NCBI GenBank assembly: GCA_002869265.1
Contig: PKTH01000036.1
Coordinates: 168,525 to 232,524 of the forward strand
DNA from: Candidatus Parcubacteria bacterium
GTDB lineage: Bacteria; Patescibacteriota; Patescibacteriia; Patescibacteriales; BM507
Reading direction: 5' to 3'
DNA length: 64,000 nucleotides
The notes beneath the pieces are model-generated. The model saw nothing but the letters and a program-made list of their open reading frames with translations. It was not told the DNA's origin and ran no database searches. Positions 57,735 to 64,000 of the stretch are shown one piece after another (within the stretch, counting starts at the first letter, position 1; every line of letters starts with the position of its first letter). Position numbers and translations under genes: made by a program.

Positions 57735-58997
57735 TTAATCTGTTACTCTTTCTATTTTAGCACCAATTGAACGAAGTCTGGAATCAATTTGTTCATAACC
57801 ACGATCAATTTGGTAAATATTATCAATGGTTGTTTTCCCTTCGGCAATTAAACCCGCCAAAATCATTGTAATACCAGCTCTTAGGTCTGGAGAGGTTAGT
57901 TCCTTGCCCTGAAGTTTTGTTGGCCCATTTACGACTATTCTATGAGGATCACACATTATAATATTTGCACCCATTTGGGCAAGTAGGTCGGAAAATAGCA
58001 ATCTCCTGTCATAAATTGTTTCATGAATAAGAGCCGAGCCATGCGCTTGAGTCATTAGCATAGTGTAGGGTGATTGCAGGTCAGTAGGGAAGCCAGGATA
58101 TTCGTGAGTTTTTATGTTATAGGAAGTGAATTTTTCGGTTTTTTTAATTAGTATACTAAATTCGCCAGCTTCAAAGTTTATTCCAATTTTTTTAAATATT
58201 TCTAATAAAATCTGAACATTTTCTGGTCTACAGTTTTTGATTAATAATTCTGAATTTGTTGCGGCGGCCATTATTGCGAAGGTTCCAGTCTCTATTCTGT
58301 CAGGCATAATCTCAATGTCCCCGGCACCTATTTCTTTAACTCCTTCAATTTTTATGATTGGCGTTCCTGCGCCTTCAATTTTTGCGCCGTTTCTATTTAA
58401 ATACACTGCCAGTTCTTCTATTTCTGGCTCCATGGCACAATTTTTTAAAACAGTAGTTCCTGATGCAAGGCTGGCTGCCATAAGAAGGCTTTCTGTTGCC
58501 GTAACACTAACAGTTGTAAAAAAGTATTCACAGCCTTTTAGTTTATCGGCCTTTATTATGTAATGTCCATCTTTGTGGCTCACTTTAGCTCCTAAAGCTT
58601 GGTAGCCCTCAAGAAAAAGATCAATTGGTCTGGAACCGGCACCAATAACACAGCCGCCCGGATGAGGAAATTTTACCTCGCCGAAACGTGCTAGAAGAGG
58701 GGCAACAAACATAACAGATGCTCTGAATTTTTTGGCGATATCAGAAGAAAGAGTTGTCTCTTTTACTTCACTGTTGTCAATTATGTACTTATCTGAATCT
58801 TTTGATATTTTTGAACCTAGGGAACTTAGTAATTCCAGCGATCTTTTCGTATCTTCGATTTCAGGCATATTACTAACTATCATTTTTTCTTTTGATAGTA
58901 ATGAGGCTGGAATAATTTTTAAAGCAAAGTTTTTCGTGCCTCTAACTTCTATTTCACCTGAGAGTTTAGCCCCTCCAGTAATAACAAATTTTGACAT
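57735..58997 (-). CDS. murA: UDP-N-acetylglucosamine 1-carboxyvinyltransferase
   Basis: 420 aa. Active-site loop PHPGGCVIGAGSRPIDL. GFPTDLQ. Confidence 0.95.
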   Translation of the reverse strand: MSKFVITGGAKLSGEIEVRGTKNFALKIIPASLLSKEKMIVSNMPEIEDTKRSLELLSSLGSKISKDSDKYIIDNSEVKETTLSSDIAKKFRASVMFVAPLLARFGEVKFPHPGGCVIGAGSRPIDLFLEGYQALGAKVSHKDGHYIIKADKLKGCEYFFTTVSVTATESLLMAASLASGTTVLKNCAMEPEIEELAVYLNRNGAKIEGAGTPIIKIEGVKEIGAGDIEIMPDRIETGTFAIMAAATNSELLIKNCRPENVQILLEIFKKIGINFEAGEFSILIKKTEKFTSYNIKTHEYPGFPTDLQSPYTMLMTQAHGSALIHETIYDRRLLFSDLLAQMGANIIMCDPHRIVVNGPTKLQGKELTSPDLRAGITMILAGLIAEGKTTIDNIYQIDRGYEQIDSRLRSIGAKIERVTD

Positions 58998-59106
58998 ATT
59001 TAAAAAGGTAAATTGATTAATTCACTTAGAATTTTATCTAATATTTAATAAAATTGCAAATAAAAAGCCATCTGTAATTAAGATGGCTATGCTGTTTGTA
59101 ATTCTT

Positions 59107-59430
59107 TTAATCTAGTGTCTTTTCAAAAGCTTCCCTTGACTCAAATTCATGCACTGTTAAAGAACAGGGAGTGTTAGCTCTTAGAGCAAGAAGAAACAGA
59201 ATGAAAGTGGAGTAAGGAAGATCAGAGTAAACTCCCCCTTTATGAATCCTAAGAAGGTGGGAGCTTACAGGTTCAGTTTCCTGGTCAATGAGCAGGATGC
59301 GTCCGTCTCCCTCGTTGGAGAAACGAAATGGACAGCAAGGATCTTTTACGGGGATATTTTTCAGGAGGGTCTTCTGTAAATCACTGCTGGATAAGTTTGT
59401 TGTTAAAAGTGCTTTGTGATACTTGGACAT
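59107..59430 (-). CDS. Hypothetical protein
   Basis: 107 aa. SD GGGAGG lies 5 nt upstream of ATG. A hairpin lies at 59064-59090 downstream. Confidence 0.55.
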   Translation of the reverse strand: MSKYHKALLTTNLSSSDLQKTLLKNIPVKDPCCPFRFSNEGDGRILLIDQETEPVSSHLLRIHKGGVYSDLPYSTFILFLLALRANTPCSLTVHEFESREAFEKTLD

Positions 59431-59597
59431 ATTTGCCTCCCTTGTTAGAAGCTAGACAATTAACTCTTTTGTTATTCTTGTGTTTAGAATTTACATTTTA
59501 TTTAATGTTCAATTGTATTTAGCAAGTAAATCATAGAAAAGATGGAAATTCAAGGTGGTATTTGTGTTCAGGAAACGAATATGTTAAAATATATTCA

Positions 59598-60941
59598 ATG
59601 AAAAATATAGAAGAAAAAGAAAATTTAAATAATGAGATTCAACTAAAAAAAGGTTTCTTAAAGAAATCTTTCTTCTTTGTTTTGCTTATTTTACTAATGC
59701 TTGGTTCTTACTTCGGTGGAGTATACTCAGCGACTAAGAATAGTATAGTTGAAGAATTAGCGAAAGAAAAATCTGTGTATCTCGGCAAGGTTTTAGGAAA
59801 ATATAGTGAATCGGAAGATGAATATTTATCTCAGGATGTCGATTTTGATCTTTTTTGGGAGGTCTGGGCTAGACTAGAGAGTAAGTATGTTGACCACGAT
59901 ACGATTAACGAGAAGAAGTTGTTTTATGGTGCTCTAAGAGGGCTGGCCTCTGCTGTCGGAGACCCATATACGGTTTTTATGGACCCAGTAGTTTCAAAAG
60001 GTTTTCAAGATGATTTAGCAGGCACATTTGAAGGAATAGGAGCTGAAATCGGTATAAAAAATGATATTTTAACTATAGTAGCACCTCTTCCTGAGATGCC
60101 AGCCGAAAAAGCAGGTTTAATGGCAGGTGACAAGGTTTATGCTATTGACGGAGAGTCAACAATGGGGATAAGTATTGATGAAGCTGTAAATAAGATAAGA
60201 GGAGAAAAGGGAACTCCAGTTACATTAACAATATTCAGAGATTCGTTCGAAATCCCCGAAGATATTGAAATTATTAGAGGGAAAATAACCGTTTCTAGTG
60301 TTAGAGCAACAATGCGTGATGACGGAGTCTATGTTGTTAAAATAACAAACTTTAACGAGGACACAAAAAGAAAATTTGATGAAGCGGTTGGCGATATAGT
60401 AGAGTCTAACCCAAGTGGAGTTATAATTGACTTGAGAAATAATCCAGGTGGTTTTCTAGATACTGCCATTGAGATGGCTAGTGAATGGATAGAAGATGGT
60501 TCAGTTGTTATTGAAAAATTTTCAGAGGACAAGAGGAACGAGTATCTAGCAAGAGGAAGGGCTAAACTGGCAGGATTCAATACTGTAGTCTTGGTTAATG
60601 GCGGAAGTGCTTCTGCCTCAGAGATTGTAGCCGGAGCCTTGCAAGACAGGGATAAGGCTAAAATAGTCGGAATGCAGACCTTTGGAAAAGGCTCTGTTCA
60701 AACCCTTGAGACTCTAAGTGATGGCTCATCCCTAAAGATTACAGTAGCAAAATGGCTCACACCAAAAGGTAGAAGTATAAACGATGAAGGGATAGCTCCT
60801 GACATCGAGACTGATTTAAGTCTTGAAGATTATAATAATAACATTGACCCTCAACTAGAGAAAGCTCTTGAGGTTTTGGCTGACTATGATAGCTTTAAGG
60901 ATGTGAAAGCTACAAGTACAGAGCAAATAATTGAAGAATAA
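59598..60941 (+). CDS. C-terminal processing (S41, tail-specific) protease with a PDZ domain
   Basis: [22 protein letters not shown]41 motifs [20 protein letters not shown] and GKGSVQT. ATG 59598 is preferred over TTG 59562. Confidence 0.9.
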   Translation: MKNIEEKENLNNEIQLKKGFLKKSFFFVLLILLMLGSYFGGVYSATKNSIVEELAKEKSVYLGKVLGKYSESEDEYLSQDVDFDLFWEVWARLESKYVDHDTINEKKLFYGALRGLASAVGDPYTVFMDPVVSKGFQDDLAGTFEGIGAEIGIKNDILTIVAPLPEMPAEKAGLMAGDKVYAIDGESTMGISIDEAVNKIRGEKGTPVTLTIFRDSFEIPEDIEIIRGKITVSSVRATMRDDGVYVVKITNFNEDTKRKFDEAVGDIVESNPSGVIIDLRNNPGGFLDTAIEMASEWIEDGSVVIEKFSEDKRNEYLARGRAKLAGFNTVVLVNGGSASASEIVAGALQDRDKAKIVGMQTFGKGSVQTLETLSDGSSLKITVAKWLTPKGRSINDEGIAPDIETDLSLEDYNNNIDPQLEKALEVLADYDSFKDVKATSTEQIIEE

Positions 60942-60942
60942 T

Positions 60943-61383
60943 ATGAAAGTTATCCTCTTAAAAAATGTTCAAGGTTTGGGGGGGCCTGGAGATGTTAAAG
61001 AAGTAAAGGAAGGTTATGCAAAAAACTTTTTATTTCCACAAAAATTAGCAGAAGTTCTTAGCGATAGAAAAGTAAAAGATATTTCAGACAAACAAAAAAG
61101 AGAAGAAAAGAAAAAGAAAACCGCTCAAAAAAATAAAGAAAAGCTTGCAAGCAAAATAAATGGAAAATCTTTTAAATTTAGCTTGAGAGCAGATGACACA
61201 GGAACTCTATACACAAAACTAAGTTCAAAATATATAGCGGAAAGACTTAAAAAAAGTAATTTTATGGTTAACGAAAAAGATGTTATTTTATCTGCCCCTC
61301 TAAAAAAGACAGGAGAATATATTGCAGAACTTAGGCTTGGTGGTAGTAAAGCAAAAATAAAAATATTAATAACAAGAAAATAG
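60943..61383 (+). CDS. rplI: Ribosomal protein L9
   Basis: [36 protein letters not shown]. Confidence 0.95.
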   Translation: MKVILLKNVQGLGGPGDVKEVKEGYAKNFLFPQKLAEVLSDRKVKDISDKQKREEKKKKTAQKNKEKLASKINGKSFKFSLRADDTGTLYTKLSSKYIAERLKKSNFMVNEKDVILSAPLKKTGEYIAELRLGGSKAKIKILITRK

Positions 61384-61415
61384 AGTTAAGGACTTTATTT
61401 TTTTATATTTTAAAT

Positions 61416-63086
61416 ATGACTTCAAAATTAAACGAAAAAATAAGCGACGCAAGGTTTATCTTTGTTGTTGGTGGTGTTATGTCAGGTGTTGGAAAAGGCG
61501 TAACAACAGCTTCTATTGGGAAGATCTTACAATCCAAGGGTTACAAGGTTTCAGCTATAAAAATTGATCCATATATCAATGTTGATGCAGGCACAATGAA
61601 TCCAGTTGAGCATGGTGAGGTGTTTGTGACAGAAGATGGTGACGAAACAGATCAGGATGTTGGAAATTATGAAAGATTTTTAAATACAAATATTTACAAG
61701 GAAAATTACATGACCACTGGTCGTGTTTATCAAACAGTTATCCAAAAAGAACGAAATCTCGAGTATAAGGGAAAATGTGTTGAAGTGGTTCCTCATATAC
61801 CAATGGAGATTAGGGATAGAATCCACACTGCTGCTGAAAAAACAAAATCAGACTTTGTTATAGTTGAAATAGGGGGAACGGTTGGTGAATATCAAAACAT
61901 GCTTTTTCTAGAGGCTGCTCGTATGATGAAACTCTATACTCCAGATAGTGTTCAATTTGTGATGGTTTCATATCTTCCTATCCCAAATAAAGTAGGTGAA
62001 ATGAAAACAAAACCCACTCAGTATGCAATAAGAACACTCAATTCAGCTGGAATCCAGCCAGATTTTGTTATAGCCCGTTCAGAAATGCCCGTAGACGAGC
62101 CTAGAAGAGTTAAAATAGCCGTAAACTGTAATATTCGTCCGGGAGATGTTATAAGCGCTCCTGACGCTGATTCTATATACGACATCCCATTAAATTTTGA
62201 AAAAGATGGTTTAGGGGACAGAATTTTAGAAAAGTTCAAAATGAAAAGTAAAAAGAATGATTTGAAAGATTGGACTAAGATGGTCAGTGCTTCAAAAAAT
62301 TCTAAAAAACAAGTTACTATTGGTGTTGTTGGAAAATATTTTTCAACTGGCAATTTTACCCTTGCTGATTCATATATTTCAGTAATTGAGGCCATAAAAC
62401 ATGGTGGTATTGCCAATAAAGTAAAAGTAAAGCTTGAATGGATAAATACAGACGAAATTGAAAAAAATGGCACGAGAGTTTTGAAGAAACTTGACGGCAT
62501 TATCGTCCCGCAAGGTTGGGGGAGCCGTGGATCTGAAGGGAAAATTAAAACAATCCAGTATTGTCGTGAAAATAAGGTTCCTTATTTTGGACTATGTTAT
62601 GGTATGCAGATGTGTGTTATTGAGCATGCTAGAAATGTTCTAGGTTTGAAAGATGCTAATTCAGAAGAGGCAAACCCAAAAACACCACATCCAGTTATCC
62701 ATGTCATGCCGGAACAAAAAGAGCTTTTAGCCAAGAAACAATACGGAGGCACTATTCGTCTAGGAGGTTGGCCATGTAAACTAACAAAGGGCACACACAT
62801 GGCTAAGGCCTATGCAAAGAAGTTCGGCACAAAAACAACAGTTTCCGAAAGACATAGACATAGATATGAATACAATAATGAGTATAGAGAACAGCTTGAA
62901 AAAGCAGGTCTCAAAGTAGCTGGAACTTCTCCTGATGGCAAGATAGTTGAAGCTGTAGAGATTACAGATCATCCTTTCTTTATTGGGACTCAATTCCATC
63001 CAGAGTATATTTCAAGACCTCTAGACCCTCATCCTTTATTCGTTGAATTTGTGAAGGTTTGTGAAGTATTAAAAAAGAGTAGTTAA
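61416..63086 (+). CDS. pyrG: CTP synthase
   Basis: 556 aa. FVVGGVMSGVGKG. GATase motif GLCYGMQ. QFHPE. Confidence 0.97.
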   Translation: MTSKLNEKISDARFIFVVGGVMSGVGKGVTTASIGKILQSKGYKVSAIKIDPYINVDAGTMNPVEHGEVFVTEDGDETDQDVGNYERFLNTNIYKENYMTTGRVYQTVIQKERNLEYKGKCVEVVPHIPMEIRDRIHTAAEKTKSDFVIVEIGGTVGEYQNMLFLEAARMMKLYTPDSVQFVMVSYLPIPNKVGEMKTKPTQYAIRTLNSAGIQPDFVIARSEMPVDEPRRVKIAVNCNIRPGDVISAPDADSIYDIPLNFEKDGLGDRILEKFKMKSKKNDLKDWTKMVSASKNSKKQVTIGVVGKYFSTGNFTLADSYISVIEAIKHGGIANKVKVKLEWINTDEIEKNGTRVLKKLDGIIVPQGWGSRGSEGKIKTIQYCRENKVPYFGLCYGMQMCVIEHARNVLGLKDANSEEANPKTPHPVIHVMPEQKELLAKKQYGGTIRLGGWPCKLTKGTHMAKAYAKKFGTKTTVSERHRHRYEYNNEYREQLEKAGLKVAGTSPDGKIVEAVEITDHPFFIGTQFHPEYISRPLDPHPLFVEFVKVCEVLKKSS

Positions 63087-63109
63087 ATTATAGTATTAAA
63101 TTTAAAAAT

Positions 63110-63439
63110 ATGTTTAAAATTTTTGGTTCCAAGCCTGAAGTAATTATGCCTGGGAGAGACGTAAAAGAAAGCACAAGAGAAAATCTTTCCCACCTAAAAG
63201 AGGGTATTGATTTTGCTTTTGTGTACGCCAAAAGTGGTAATGAGCTTCTAATCAAGCAAGAAGTTAAAGACGGAGAACTTATCTTTACAAATGAGGATAT
63301 TGCCACTGGGAACAATACCTCAAGCCCAATTAAAAATATTACTGACATAGAAAATCTAAATAAGTATTTTGATGTTCCAGAAGAAATGATCCTTAGGGCT
63401 AAAGAGCTACTAGAAGAACTTAAATCAAATCATGAATAG
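63110..63439 (+). CDS. Hypothetical protein
   Basis: 109-aa ORF. No family recognised. Confidence 0.45.
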   Translation: MFKIFGSKPEVIMPGRDVKESTRENLSHLKEGIDFAFVYAKSGNELLIKQEVKDGELIFTNEDIATGNNTSSPIKNITDIENLNKYFDVPEEMILRAKELLEELKSNHE

Positions 63440-63683
63440 AATTCAATTTTTTGACAGATCCTCGCAAATCGCAATTCCTCTTTTTACTTTATCGGGGATT
63501 TTGGCAATTTCATTGAAACATCCCGCACTCGGATTAGTGTTGAATTTAACTGCGCAACCTTTTTGGATATATTCAACTTGGAAATCATATAAAAAAGCTG
63601 GGCAGATTGGGATGTTTATAAATACCATTGTTATGACACTTATTACTGTCTTTGGTGTCTTAAATTATTGGGTGTTTTCTTAG
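63432..63683 (+). CDS. Small hypothetical membrane protein (3 TM)
   Basis: 83-aa ORF. Overlaps the previous gene by 8 nt. Confidence 0.45.
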   Translation: MNRIQFFDRSSQIAIPLFTLSGILAISLKHPALGLVLNLTAQPFWIYSTWKSYKKAGQIGMFINTIVMTLITVFGVLNYWVFS

Positions 63684-63756
63684 TTGACATTGCTTTGTTT
63701 TTATAATATTTTTTAAATATTGTTCTTTTCAATAATATTAGCTAAAGGAGATTGTC

Positions 63757-63996
63757 ATGTTAGAAGTGTTGCGGGAAAAGCTTATCGGTCAAAAGCTTGA
63801 TATTCAGTGCAAAGATAAAAGAATAGGAAACAAGACTGCAAAATGCAGCGAAGTACAACCATGTCAGGGGAGATATCGTATAGTCTTTGATAATCAAGAA
63901 TCGCAAATTCTTTCAGACATTATTATTACGGGCTCTATCGTTAGCGGGAGAGCTTCAACATTGGTGATACCAAGGGTGACAATTAGGGTTATCTAA
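63757..63996 (+). CDS. Small hypothetical protein
   Basis: 79 aa. SD AAAGGAG lies 6 nt upstream of ATG. Confidence 0.45.
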   Translation: MLEVLREKLIGQKLDIQCKDKRIGNKTAKCSEVQPCQGRYRIVFDNQESQILSDIIITGSIVSGRASTLVIPRVTIRVI

Positions 63997-64000
63997 TCCA

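Overview
This is a visibly AT-rich, tightly packed bacterial chromosome segment of about 70 genes. Long conserved ORFs are intact under the standard code.

Recognisable core genes:
- a sensor-kinase-like gene, gyrB, a SEDS (FtsW/RodA) gene, rplY, and rpmE-prfA-prmC
- RNA methyltransferases (RlmD-like, rlmH, rsmI), metG, tsaC and tatD
- a complete F1Fo ATP synthase locus, groES-groEL behind a CIRCE operator, and tRNA-Leu(CAA)
- parA-parB, murA, an S41 protease, rplI and pyrG

Between these lie many tiny membrane or secreted hypothetical proteins and one 3526-aa surface protein. That protein has an N-terminal anchor, 14 RCC1 blades, three ~120-aa modules and about 17 FN3-like modules. The overall style suggests a small-genome Patescibacteria/CPR-type organism: trimmed housekeeping proteins, a giant surface protein, DUF3048, a PEGA protein and a SemiSWEET. 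This is inference only.

No CRISPR array, transposase, integrase or rRNA was seen.

Most interesting observations:
1. Translation signals split into two classes. About 45 conserved genes have no Shine-Dalgarno and an AAATATG-type start context. Fourteen small orphan genes have near-perfect SDs.
2. A promoter-to-terminator ~100-nt sRNA candidate carries CCCUCCU, an anti-SD mimic, in its terminal loop.
3. The ATP synthase locus is split by an antisense, SD-led gene encoding a duplicated C-x2-H-x15-C-x2-C module.
4. Two divergent beta-carbonic-anhydrase-like genes (CxDxR...HxxCG) are appended to atpAGDC.
5. On the minus strand, a promoter, a GC-rich structured leader, an unannotated 53-aa TM ORF and a terminator lie where the ORF track shows only a spurious plus-strand ORF.
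6. The giant RCC1/FN3 protein, a 14.5%-Cys lipoprotein, and a histidine-kinase fold lacking its acceptor His.

All family assignments are from motifs read by eye. No database search was run.
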